From: Candidatus Methylomirabilota bacterium
GTDB lineage: Bacteria; Methylomirabilota; Methylomirabilia; Rokubacteriales; CSP1-6
Assembly (NCBI GenBank): GCA_046726415.1
Contig: JBKPAK010000119.1
Location: forward strand, 1 to 35,284
DNA: 35,284 nt
Direction: 5' to 3'
Positions 1-8,932 of the stretch are shown here, one piece after another. The notes beneath the pieces were generated by a model. The model did not search any database and had not been told where the DNA came from. It saw only the letters and a list, made by a program, of their open reading frames with translations. The translations under genes and the position numbers were made by a program. Position 1 is the stretch's first letter, and every line of letters begins with the position of its first letter.

Positions 1-374
1 TCGGGCCGGGGAGCCTGTCCGTCGTCTACGCGGTCAACACGCTGCACGTCGCGCGCGATCTCGCCTTCACCTTGCGCGAGATCTTCAGCGCGCTCGCGCC
101 GGGAGGCCCGCTCGTCATTTCTGAGTGCGTCCGCCACTCGGTGGACCAGACGATTCACGTGGAGTTTATCTTCAATCTCATGCAGGCGTTCCGCGCCCCG
201 CTCCTCCATCCGACCTATCGGCCCCATGGAGGATTTCTCACCCCCGAGCAGTGGCGGAACGCCATCGAGTCGGCGGGATTCACCGACGTCCGGATCCTGC
301 CGGACCTGACGCGCATCGCCGACCGCTTCCCCGCCTTCTGCGTCGCCGCCATCCAGGCGACGCGACCTGGCTGA
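1..374 (+). CDS. Class I SAM-dependent methyltransferase, C-terminal part (5' truncated by window edge)
   Basis: Frame is open from position 3: GPGSLSVVYAVNTLHVARDLAFTLREIFSALAPGGPLVISE, matching the methyltransferase post-motif II 'N.LH' and 'L.PGG.L...E' pattern; stop at 374. Confidence 0.75.
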   Translation, partial: GPGSLSVVYAVNTLHVARDLAFTLREIFSALAPGGPLVISECVRHSVDQTIHVEFIFNLMQAFRAPLLHPTYRPHGGFLTPEQWRNAIESAGFTDVRILPDLTRIADRFPAFCVAAIQATRPG

Positions 375-605
375 GGCCGGCGCCCCGAGATGGCCTCCCA
401 CTCGTCATGGGCCACGTGTCGGGGTTCCGTGCCCGGGGAACCGGCACCGCGCCGGTTGACGCTGGGAATTAGGGCACGCGCCTCGCCGAGGCGGGGCGAT
501 GGACGGCCGCACCGGCGCGAACTTGGGGGCGGCGGACGCGTCCGCGGTCGTGCCGGAGGGTATGGCACGCGCAGTCAGCGCCGTTTCCAAAACGGTGAGG
601 GTTCC

Positions 606-634
606 TTGACATCGTCCAGGCGTCGCACTAGCGT
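606..634 (+). promoter_or_regulatory. Putative sigma70 promoter for the hydantoinase/Liv/RidA operon
   Basis: TTGACA (606-611), 17-nt spacer, TAGCGT (629-634), about 95 nt upstream of the first start codon. Confidence 0.6.
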
Positions 635-643
635 TGCGCAGAC

Positions 644-708
644 CGGTCCGGTACGTCCCCGACTGATCCTCACCTGCGGTCCGGTACGTCCCCGACTGAT
701 CCTCACCT
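644..708. repeat. Tandem duplication, 2 x 32 bp (period 33), in the 5' UTR
   Basis: cggtccggtacgtccccgactgatcctcacct occurs at 644-675 and 677-708. Confidence 0.95.
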
Positions 709-727
709 CCCATTCGGAGGCGTCGTG

Positions 728-2479
728 ATGATTGATCCGATCACCGTTTCGGTCCTCACCCATCGTTTCGAGTCCATCGTGGTCGAGATGGGGGAGGCCA
801 TGCTGCGGACCGCGTACTCGCAAATTCTGAACTCGAGCCGCGATTTCTCCACCGCCATCTGCGATCGCGCGGCGCGCCTGGTGGCCCAGGCCGAGCATGT
901 GCCGATCCACGTGGGGGCCATGCCGTGGGCCGTCGAGTCGGTGCGCGACTTCTTCGCCGGGCGCGTGAAGCCCGGTGACGTCTTCCTGCTGAACGACCCC
1001 TATCACGGAGGCAATCACCTACCCGACCTCACGGCCTTCGTGCCGGTCTTCGTCGACGGCGAGCTGACCTTCTGGTCGATCAACCGGTCGCACCAGAGCG
1101 ACATCGGCGGCTCCACGCACGGTGCCTACAACCCCGGCGCCACCGAGATCTGGCAAGAAGGCCTGCGCATCACGCCGCTCAAGCTCTACGAAGCGGGCGA
1201 GCTGCGCGACGACGTGCTGAAGATGATCGCCACCAACGTGCGCCACCCGCACGACTTCATGGGCGATCTGCGCGCGATGATCGGCTCGGCGCGCATCGGC
1301 GAGCGCCGCCTCCAGCAGCTGGTGGACGAGTACGGCGGCAAAACCGTGCTGGGCGCGGTGGACGAAATCCTCGACAGCGCGGAGCGCCAGGCGCGCGCCT
1401 GCATCCGGGGCTGGAAGGACGGAGTGTACCGCGGCGAATCCGTCCTCGACGACGACGGCCACGGTATCACCGACATCCACATCCGCGCCACCGTGACCAA
1501 GAAGGGCGACTCGCTCACCGTCGATCTCTCGGACTCCCACGACCAGGTGATCGGATTCGTCAACTCGTCGTTCCCCAACACCATGTCGGCCGTGCATATG
1601 GCGCTGGCCTTCTTGATCGACCCGCGGACGCCGAAGAACGAGGGGACCTTTCGGCCCGTGCAGGTCATCGCCCGCCAGGGCACGATCGTGTGGCCGCATC
1701 CGCCGGCACCGGTCACCCTGGCCACCAACCACTGCGCGCAGGAGGTGGCCGAGGCGATCATCAAGGCGCTGGCGCCGGCGTGTCCCGACCGGGTCATCGC
1801 CGGCTGGGGGCGGCGCTTCCGCATCGCCATCAGGGGTGTCAATCCGCGCACCACGCGGCCCTTCATCTGGCACCTGTTCCACGCGCGCCCGGGCGGCGGC
1901 GCGTCGCCGGTGGGCGATGGCTGGGAATCGGCCGGTGAGGGTCAGGCGGCCGGCGGGATCAAGTTCGGCAGCGTGGAGGTGGCCGAGGTGCGCTTTCCGC
2001 TGCTCTTCGAGCGCCATGAGTTCCGGCCGGATTCCGCAGGCGATGGTCGCTATCGCGGGGGGGTGGGCTGCGAGTTGACCTTGCGCCTGGAGATTACCGA
2101 ACCCGCGGTGGCCAATACGGCCGGCGATGGGGTGCGCCATCCGTCGTTCGGCATCCTGGGTGGCCAGGACGGTCGGCCGCACCGCTACCGCCTCATCTCG
2201 CGCCGAGGCGAGCGCGTGCTCAAGACCAAAGAGGTCGGCATCCCGATCCGACCCGGCGACTATTTTCTGATCGAATCGGCCGGGGGCGGGGGCTACGGGT
2301 CGCCCGCGAAGCGGGATCCGGCCGCGCGCGCCGCCGACCTCGAGAACGGCTTCGTCACCGCGATTCCGGTGCCGCGCCGGTCCACTTCGCCCGTGGCGAA
2401 GGCTCCGCGCCGGTCCACCTCGCGCGCGGCGAAGGCGCCTCGCCGGCCAGCTTCGCGTCGGGCGGGGAGTCACCGCTGA
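728..2479 (+). CDS. Hydantoinase B/oxoprolinase family protein (ATP-dependent cyclic amide hydrolase, B subunit)
   Basis: Motifs EMG...RTAYS..L..SRDFSTA, PIHVG, NDPYHGGNHLPD, HQSDIGG, EIWQEG, DSAGDGRYRGG, GGGGYG; SD GGAGG at 716-720; start is GTG 725 or ATG 728. Confidence 0.93.
   Translation: MIDPITVSVLTHRFESIVVEMGEAMLRTAYSQILNSSRDFSTAICDRAARLVAQAEHVPIHVGAMPWAVESVRDFFAGRVKPGDVFLLNDPYHGGNHLPDLTAFVPVFVDGELTFWSINRSHQSDIGGSTHGAYNPGATEIWQEGLRITPLKLYEAGELRDDVLKMIATNVRHPHDFMGDLRAMIGSARIGERRLQQLVDEYGGKTVLGAVDEILDSAERQARACIRGWKDGVYRGESVLDDDGHGITDIHIRATVTKKGDSLTVDLSDSHDQVIGFVNSSFPNTMSAVHMALAFLIDPRTPKNEGTFRPVQVIARQGTIVWPHPPAPVTLATNHCAQEVAEAIIKALAPACPDRVIAGWGRRFRIAIRGVNPRTTRPFIWHLFHARPGGGASPVGDGWESAGEGQAAGGIKFGSVEVAEVRFPLLFERHEFRPDSAGDGRYRGGVGCELTLRLEITEPAVANTAGDGVRHPSFGILGGQDGRPHRYRLISRRGERVLKTKEVGIPIRPGDYFLIESAGGGGYGSPAKRDPAARAADLENGFVTAIPVPRRSTSPVAKAPRRSTSRAAKAPRRPASRRAGSHR
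2372..2470 (+). repeat. 3 x 33-bp coding repeat giving a basic tail (PRRSTS..AKA)n
   Basis: Units start at 2372, 2405 and 2438; translation PRRSTSPVAKA PRRSTSRAAKA PRRPASRRAGS. Confidence 0.8.
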
Positions 2480-2490
2480 GGGCCGGCCGA

Positions 2491-4524
2491 ATGTACCGGA
2501 TCGGCATCGACATCGGCGGGACCTTTACCGACCTGGTGGCGGTCGACGATGCGGGCCGGGTCGTCCTCGCCAAGTGCGCCTCGACCCCCGCGGACCCGTC
2601 CGACGGATTGCTCGAGGGCCTTTCCCTCCTAGCCGCCGAGCTTGGGCTCGACTGCGGGACACTGCTGGCCCGGACCGAGCGCATCGTGCACGGCACCACC
2701 GTGGCCACCAACGCGCTGCTCGAGCGCAAGGGGGCGAAGGTCGGGCTCTTGACGACCCAGGGTCACCGCGACGTCATCGAGATGCGGGAAGGCCTCAAGG
2801 ACGATCGCTACAACGTCCGGATGCCGCCACCGGTGCCGCTGGTGCCGCGCGCCCGCCGCCTCGCGGTGCGCGAGCGCATGCGCTTCGACGGTAGCGTCGC
2901 CACCGCGCTCGACGAGCGCTCTCTGAGAAAGGCGATGGATGCGCTCGCCAAGGCCGGCGTGGACGCCGTCGCGGTCTGCTACCTCCACGCCTACCGCAAT
3001 CCCAAGCACGAAAAAGCGACGGCCCGGGCGGTGGCCGGGCGGCTCAAGGGCGCCTACGTGTCGCTCTCGTCGGAGGTGCTCCCCCAGATCAAGGAGTACG
3101 AGCGGACCTGGACGACGGTGGTCAACGCGTATGTCGGGCCCGGCCTCGCCCGCTATCTCCACAGCCTCACGCGGAAGCTCGGCGCAGCCGGCTACACGGG
3201 CGACGTGCTGATCATGCAGTCGCACGGCGGCGTGGCACCCGTCGTCGAGTCGGCGCGGCTGGCCGCGGGGGCGGTGCTCTCGGGACCGGCGGGCGGTGTG
3301 GCGGCGGGCCGCCACTGCGTGAGGCTTCTCGGCGAACGCCACCTGATCACCTTCGACATGGGCGGGACCAGCACCGATATTGCGATGCTGCAGGACGGCG
3401 AGCCGCAGCTCACCGGCGAAAAGCGCGTGGGGCTCTCGCGGGTGGCGCTGCCGAGCCTCGACATCCACACCTTGGGCGCGGGCGGGGGCTCCATCGCCCG
3501 GGTGGCCGGCGGCATCCTGCACGTCGGCCCGGAGAGCGCGGGCGCGGATCCCGGCCCCGCCTGCTACGGCAAGGGCGGGACGGCCGCCACGGTGACCGAC
3601 GCCAACCTGGTGCTCGGCTTTCTCGACGCCGCGAATTTCCTCGGCGGCCGCATCGCCCTCGACGCGGGGGCCGCGCGGGCCGCGGTGGCCGCGATCGCGG
3701 CCGAGCTGGGCACCGATCCGATCGTCGCGGCCGAGGGCATTGCCAAGGTCGTCAATACCAACATGGCCGAGGGCATTCGCATCGTCTCCGTCCGCCGCGG
3801 CGTGGATCCGCGCCGCTTCACCCTGATCGCGTTCGGGGGCGCGGCGGGTCTGCACGTGACTGAGCTGGCGCGCCTGCTCGAGATCCGGCGGGTGGTCGTT
3901 CCCACCGTGGCGGCCGTGCTCTCGGCGTGGGGCATGCTGGCCACTGATCTCCGCTACGAGCTGGTGCGCTCCCACGTGAGCGAGGTCTCGCGGATGACCC
4001 CGGCCGCGCTCGGCAAGGTCTTCGCGGCCATGGAAGCGGAGGGGCGGGCGCGGCTGGCCAGCTTCTCCGGACCCGTCCACGTGCGCCGCTCGCTCGACAT
4101 GCGCTACGGCGAGCAGATCTTCGAGATCACGGTCGGCCTCGACGACGTCGACCTGGACGCCTCCGATGCGATCGAGCAGATCGCCGCGCGCTTTCACGCG
4201 CGTCACGAGGCGCTGTATGCCTACAGCGCGCCCGGGCAAGAGGTGGTCATCGTCAACGCGCGAGTGGCCGTGGTGGGAGCGCTGCCCGAGCTGCGCGCCG
4301 AGCCGGCGGCGGGGGAGGGCGCCGCGCCGGCCGCGCCGGCGCGCCGCCGCGTGTATCTCGGGGAGTGGGTCGAGGTGCCAGTCTATCGCCTCGATGGACT
4401 GACTCCTGGCCTGCTCCTGAAGGGACCGGCGATCTTCGAATCGGCAACCACCACGGTGCTCGTGCGCGAGGGCGAGCGCGTGAACGTCACGCCCCACGGC
4501 TGGCTCGACATCGCGCTCGGCTGA
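2491..4524 (+). CDS. Hydantoinase A/oxoprolinase family protein (ATP-binding A subunit)
   Basis: IGIDIGGTFTD, HGTTVATNALLERKG, LSGPAGG, FDMGGTSTD, GAGGGSIA, GPESAGADPGPACYG, TVTDANLVLG. Confidence 0.95.
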   Translation: MYRIGIDIGGTFTDLVAVDDAGRVVLAKCASTPADPSDGLLEGLSLLAAELGLDCGTLLARTERIVHGTTVATNALLERKGAKVGLLTTQGHRDVIEMREGLKDDRYNVRMPPPVPLVPRARRLAVRERMRFDGSVATALDERSLRKAMDALAKAGVDAVAVCYLHAYRNPKHEKATARAVAGRLKGAYVSLSSEVLPQIKEYERTWTTVVNAYVGPGLARYLHSLTRKLGAAGYTGDVLIMQSHGGVAPVVESARLAAGAVLSGPAGGVAAGRHCVRLLGERHLITFDMGGTSTDIAMLQDGEPQLTGEKRVGLSRVALPSLDIHTLGAGGGSIARVAGGILHVGPESAGADPGPACYGKGGTAATVTDANLVLGFLDAANFLGGRIALDAGAARAAVAAIAAELGTDPIVAAEGIAKVVNTNMAEGIRIVSVRRGVDPRRFTLIAFGGAAGLHVTELARLLEIRRVVVPTVAAVLSAWGMLATDLRYELVRSHVSEVSRMTPAALGKVFAAMEAEGRARLASFSGPVHVRRSLDMRYGEQIFEITVGLDDVDLDASDAIEQIAARFHARHEALYAYSAPGQEVVIVNARVAVVGALPELRAEPAAGEGAAPAAPARRRVYLGEWVEVPVYRLDGLTPGLLLKGPAIFESATTTVLVREGERVNVTPHGWLDIALG

Positions 4525-4625
4525 CCGCGGAGGGGGCGCCGGTCACACGGGCGCGGCGCTCCCGTCCCCACGGGCGCTGATGAGCACGCTGCCCGCGCGC
4601 GTCGCGGCGGCAGGGAGGAACGACT

Positions 4626-5870
4626 ATGGGTAGCTTGCGACTCGTTCGCCGTCTCGTCGGACTGACTGTCGCGCTCGCCGGGTGCCTCGTCGTGCCGGTG
4701 GCCCAGGCCAGCGACGAGGTCCGCATCGGCGTCGTCTGTCCGCTGACCGGCCCCACCGCCAAGTTCGGCCAGGCCCAGCGCAATGCCCTGACCATGGCCG
4801 CGGAGGATGTCAACAATGCCGGCGGCATCAAGTCACTGGGCGGCGCCAAGATCAAACTCGTCTTTGGCGATACTCGCGGCGAAGCCGACATCGGGGTGAC
4901 CGAGACCGAGCGCCTGATCACGCGAGAGAAGGTGCACGCGCTGATCGGGGCCTTTCAGAGCGGCGTCGGCTTTCCCTCGTCCGCGGTGGCCGAGCGGCAT
5001 CAGGTGCCGTGGCTCACGTTCGGGACGTTCGACAAGATCACCGAGCGGGGTTTCAAGTACGTCTTCCGCGTGCACGCCAACGACACCATGAAGGCCCGCA
5101 CGCTCATCGAAGGCCTTCTGGCGCTGGGCAAGGGAGGGAGCGGCCTGAAGTCCGCCGTGATCCTGGCCGAAAACACGGAGTGGGGAAAGTCGGTCAGCGA
5201 CAAGCAGCGCGGCTTCCTCGAGAAGGGCGGCGTCAAGGTCCACTTCGTCGAGAACTACCCGTTCGCCTCCGCCGATCTCACCTCGCTGATCGTCAAGGCC
5301 AAGCGGGCGAATCCCGACCTGATCGTCGCCGATTCATACCTGGGCGACGCGCTCCTCATCACCCGCCAGATGCACGAGCAGGAGCTGCGTCCGACGGCCT
5401 ACGCAGCGGGCGGCGGTGGCCACGTGCAGCCCGATTTCCTGAAGGGCGTGGGTAAGCTGTCCGAAGGCATCCTGGCCGCCACAATGTGGGACGCGGCCAT
5501 CGGCAAGAAGGTCCCGTGGATCGCCAAGGAGAACGACCGCCACGTGGCCCGCTTCGGGGTGCCCTTCACCGAGGATTCGGCGGGCTTCTACCAGGCGTTC
5601 TACGTGATCGTCGACGCGCTGGAGCGGACGAAGACCCCGGGGACGAAGGAATTGCGCGACGCCATCGCCACGACCAGCATCACCGACGTCGCCCACAAGG
5701 CGATGTTGATTCCGTACAAGCAGATCAAGTTCGACGACACCGGCCAGAACCCCTTCGCGACGGCGGTGGTCGTCCAGATTCAGAGCGGCAAGTTCCGCCT
5801 GTTCTATCCGGAGTCCGTCGCCGAGCCCGACGCCAAGCTCGTCTGGCCCTATCTGGGAACGGCTCGCTAG
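4626..5870 (+). CDS. Branched-chain amino acid (LivK-like) ABC transporter substrate-binding protein
   Basis: Signal peptide ending VAQA; IGVVCPLTG..A.FG, VNNAGGI, ITERGFKYVFR, ENTEWG; SD GGGAGG upstream. Confidence 0.92.
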   Translation: MGSLRLVRRLVGLTVALAGCLVVPVAQASDEVRIGVVCPLTGPTAKFGQAQRNALTMAAEDVNNAGGIKSLGGAKIKLVFGDTRGEADIGVTETERLITREKVHALIGAFQSGVGFPSSAVAERHQVPWLTFGTFDKITERGFKYVFRVHANDTMKARTLIEGLLALGKGGSGLKSAVILAENTEWGKSVSDKQRGFLEKGGVKVHFVENYPFASADLTSLIVKAKRANPDLIVADSYLGDALLITRQMHEQELRPTAYAAGGGGHVQPDFLKGVGKLSEGILAATMWDAAIGKKVPWIAKENDRHVARFGVPFTEDSAGFYQAFYVIVDALERTKTPGTKELRDAIATTSITDVAHKAMLIPYKQIKFDDTGQNPFATAVVVQIQSGKFRLFYPESVAEPDAKLVWPYLGTAR

Positions 5871-6104
5871 CGGTGTTAGCCCTCCCAATCGCCCGGCGAT
5901 ATCGCGTGTGGCCCGGACCTGTGGACGGCTCGTTAGCGGTGGCAGCCCTCCCAATCGCCTGGCGATATATCGCGTGTGACCCGATCTGTGGACGGCTCGT
6001 TAGCGGTGGCAGCCCTCCCAATCGCCCGGCGATATCGCGTGTGGCCCGATTTGTGGACGGCTCGTTAGCGGTGGCAGCCCTCCCAATCGCCCAGCAATAT
6101 CGCG
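5844..6104. repeat. Tandem repeat, 4 x ~65-68 bp, with internal palindromes
   Basis: Units start at 5844, 5909, 5977 and 6042; consensus tggcccgatctgtggacggctcgttagcggtggcagccctcccaatcgcccggcgatatcgcgtg. Confidence 0.95.
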
Positions 6105-6178
6105 GGGCGCCACGGCTCCGCCGGGGCGCCCCGAGCTGCCAGAGGGGGGCATGGGGGGCCCTTTCGAGGCCCCCCATG
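6103..6178. repeat. REP-like double stem-loop element
   Basis: Stems cggggcgcc (6103-6111)/ggcgccccg (6125-6133) and catggggggcc (6150-6160)/ggccccccatg (6168-6178). Confidence 0.65.
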
Positions 6179-6186
6179 TTCAGCAC

Positions 6187-7062
6187 ATGAGCTTCTGGCA
6201 GGCGACGGTGAGTGGCCTGCTGATTGGCGGGATCTACGCGCTCATCGCGCTGGGGCTGAACATCGTCTTCGGCACCATGCGCGTGGTGAACTTCGCCCAG
6301 GGCGCCCTCTTGATGGCGGGGATGTTCATGGCGTACTGGCTCTGGGAGCTGGGCGGCGTGCATCCATACCTGTCGCCGCTCGTCACCGTGCCCGCGCTGT
6401 TCGGCCTCGGTTATCTGATGCAGCGCGCCTTTGTGTCGCCGCTGCTGGCCCGCGAGCGCGCGCGCGAGCCGATGAGCGTGCTGCTGGTCACCCTGGGCTT
6501 GGCCCTCGTCATGGAGAACGCCGCCCTCCTGTTCTTCTCTGCGGACTTCAAGACCGTCCAGACCGACGTGTCGCTGGCCACCTTCAAGGTCGCGGGGATC
6601 ATCGTCAGCGTGCCGCGCCTGGTCGGCATGGGTGCGATGATCCTCACCTGTCTCGGCCTCTACCTGTTCTTCACGCGCACCGACCTCGGCCGCGCCGTGC
6701 GCGCCACCGGCCAGGACCGCGAGGTGGCGCGGCTGATGGGCATCAATGACGCGCACATCTACGCGATCGCCTACGCGCTGAGCGCGGCCCTCATGGGCGT
6801 GGCCTCAGCGGTGCTGGTGCCGTTCTTCTACGTGCATCCGGGCCTGGGCACATCGTTCCTGCTCAAGGTGTTCGTCATCGTGGTGCTGGGGGGCATCGGG
6901 AGCATGCCCGGCGCGGCGCTCGGCGGTCTCATCGTGGGCATGGTCGAGGGCATCGTCGGGCTCTACGTGCAGGCCTCGGCCGCTCAGATCGTGCTCTTCG
7001 CAGTGTTCATCGGTGTGCTCTTCCTCCGCCCGGCCGGCCTGCTCGGCGTCGAGCGGCGATGA
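6187..7062 (+). CDS. livH: Branched-chain amino acid ABC transporter permease (LivH-like)
   Basis: GLLIGGIYALIALGLNIVFG.MRVVNFAQG, T.LGRAVRA, VVLGGIGS..GA.LGG; alternative ATG at 6151 lies inside the hairpin element. Confidence 0.9.
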   Translation: MSFWQATVSGLLIGGIYALIALGLNIVFGTMRVVNFAQGALLMAGMFMAYWLWELGGVHPYLSPLVTVPALFGLGYLMQRAFVSPLLARERAREPMSVLLVTLGLALVMENAALLFFSADFKTVQTDVSLATFKVAGIIVSVPRLVGMGAMILTCLGLYLFFTRTDLGRAVRATGQDREVARLMGINDAHIYAIAYALSAALMGVASAVLVPFFYVHPGLGTSFLLKVFVIVVLGGIGSMPGAALGGLIVGMVEGIVGLYVQASAAQIVLFAVFIGVLFLRPAGLLGVERR

Positions 7063-7084
7063 GGCGGCGCGCGGGATCGAGGAG

Positions 7085-8932
7085 ATGACGGCCGCCGTGG
7101 CGCCCGCCGCCGCCACGGTGGCGCGAATCCTCGGCGGGGCGCTCTTGCTCGTGGCCCTGCTGCTTCCGCTGGCCACTCGCGCCGCTCTCGGTAACGACGA
7201 GTACTGGATCCAGGTGCTGATCTGGGTCATGTTCTTCGCCTATCTCAGCGCGGCGTGGAACCTCATCGGCGGCTTTGCCGGCCAGTACTCCATCGGCCAC
7301 GCCGGGCTGGTCGGCATCGGCGCCTACACGTCGTCGATCCTCGCCATCCAGGCCGGACTCACGCCGTGGGTCGGCATGCTGGCGGGCGGCCTGCTGGCCG
7401 CTGTCGTGGGTGGGGTCATCGGCTACCCGTGCTTCCGCCTGCGCGGCGCGTTCTTCTCTCTGGTCACCATCGCTTTCGCCGAGATGCTGCGCGTCGGTTT
7501 CGAGCTGACCGACCGCCTGGGACCGCTCGAGATCAACGGCGTGCGCGGCCTGCTGCTGCCCGTGCTGGGCGACCGGCCCGGGATGTTTCAGTTCGCCAGC
7601 AAGCGGCCCTACTACTACACGATGCTGGGACTCTTGCTGGCCGTGCTCGCTGCCGGCTGGGCGGTGAAGCGCTCGCGGCTCGGGTACTACCTGGCCGCCA
7701 TCCGCGACGACGAGGACGCCGTCGCCGCGCTGGGAATCAATCCCGCGCGCGTGAAGCTCGTGGCGATGATGCTCAGCAGCTTCTTCGCCGCCATCGGCGG
7801 CACGTTCTACGCGCAGCTCGTCGGCTATATCACCCCCACGCGGACCATGAGCCTCGACTTCTCCGTGCAGATGGTGATCATGGCCGTGCTGGGCGGGATC
7901 GGCACCGTGCTGGGGCCGCTGTGGGGGGCGATGATCCTCGTGCCCATCGCCGAGCTGACGCGGGCCTTCTGGGGCGGCAGCCTGCAGGGGGTGCACCTCA
8001 TCGTGTACGGCGCATTGCTGGTTGTCGTCATCCTCTACTGGCCTCAGGGCGTGGACCCCTGGGTGCGCCGCGGCGTCGACGCGCTGGCCCGCGCGTGCGC
8101 GCGCTGGCTGGCCGAACCCGCGGCGGCGGTGAGCGTCGAGAACGCGCCGCGCATCCTGCTGCCCGAGGGAGGACTGTTCGGCGCCCGGGTGGCGGGCAAC
8201 GGCGCCGGGCCGCTGCTCAAGGTGCGCGGCCTCAGTCGGAGCTTCGGCGGCGCGGTGGGGATCCGCGGCGTCAGTCTCGAGGTCGCCCCCGGCGAGGTGG
8301 TCGGCATCATCGGAGCCAACGGCGCCGGCAAGACGACCTTGTTCAACGTCATCACCGGAACCCTCGAGCCGGACGGTGGTGACATCCGTTTTGCCGGCCG
8401 CCGCCTCGCGCGCGAGGGCCCCGACGCGCGCAACCGGCTCGGCATCGCGCGGACCTTTCAGATCGTGCGCCCGTTCGCCGGCATGACGACCATCGAGAAC
8501 GTGATGGTGGCGGCCTTGCCGCGCGTCGAGAGCGTGGCCAGCGCACGCCGGGAGGCTGGGCGCTACCTCGAGTTCGTCGGTCTGGGCCACCGCGTGAATA
8601 CGCCGGCCAGCGGGCTCAGCACGGGCGAGCGGAAGCGGCTCGAGCTGGCGCGCGCGCTGGCCACGCGACCCCGGCTGCTGCTGCTCGACGAGGTCACCGG
8701 CGGCGTCGACCAGCGCAGCCTCCCCGGCCTCGTCCGCCTGATCCAGAAAGTCAGGGCAGAGGGGCTGACCCTCCTGGTGATCGAGCACAATCTCCGCGTG
8801 ATCAGCGCCGTGGCCGACCGGCTGGTGATGCTGCATCTCGGCCAGAAGATTCAGGAAGGGCCGCCGGCCGCGGTCGTGAGCGATCCGGCGGTCATCCACA
8901 TCTACGTGGGAGGCGCCCCTGCTCAGCATTGA
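7085..8932 (+). CDS. Fused branched-chain amino acid ABC permease/ATPase (LivM-LivG)
   Basis: N-half WNLIGGFAGQYSIGHA, RLRGAFFSLVTIAF, AIRDDEDA; C-half Walker A GANGAGKTT, GIARTFQIVRPF, Walker B LLLLDE, IEH. Confidence 0.92.
   Translation: MTAAVAPAAATVARILGGALLLVALLLPLATRAALGNDEYWIQVLIWVMFFAYLSAAWNLIGGFAGQYSIGHAGLVGIGAYTSSILAIQAGLTPWVGMLAGGLLAAVVGGVIGYPCFRLRGAFFSLVTIAFAEMLRVGFELTDRLGPLEINGVRGLLLPVLGDRPGMFQFASKRPYYYTMLGLLLAVLAAGWAVKRSRLGYYLAAIRDDEDAVAALGINPARVKLVAMMLSSFFAAIGGTFYAQLVGYITPTRTMSLDFSVQMVIMAVLGGIGTVLGPLWGAMILVPIAELTRAFWGGSLQGVHLIVYGALLVVVILYWPQGVDPWVRRGVDALARACARWLAEPAAAVSVENAPRILLPEGGLFGARVAGNGAGPLLKVRGLSRSFGGAVGIRGVSLEVAPGEVVGIIGANGAGKTTLFNVITGTLEPDGGDIRFAGRRLAREGPDARNRLGIARTFQIVRPFAGMTTIENVMVAALPRVESVASARREAGRYLEFVGLGHRVNTPASGLSTGERKRLELARALATRPRLLLLDEVTGGVDQRSLPGLVRLIQKVRAEGLTLLVIEHNLRVISAVADRLVMLHLGQKIQEGPPAAVVSDPAVIHIYVGGAPAQH

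Noticed and set aside
563..580. Possible sigma54 promoter (TGGCACG)
   Set aside because: No TTGC at the -12 position; a good sigma70 promoter lies just downstream
581..595. Palindrome ccgttt-cca-aaacgg upstream of the -35 box
   Set aside because: Could be an operator, but the arms are only 6 bp and there is no second copy or regulator gene to support it
5844..6104. Possible CRISPR array (period ~65 bp)
   Set aside because: Whole units are near-identical with no unique spacers, and there are no cas genes in the window
1019..8929. Long antisense or alternate-frame ORFs (e.g. 1019-2473, 2629-4497, 7007-8929)
   Set aside because: Expected stop-poor shadows of GC-rich genes; Arg/Pro/Gly-rich with no recognisable motifs
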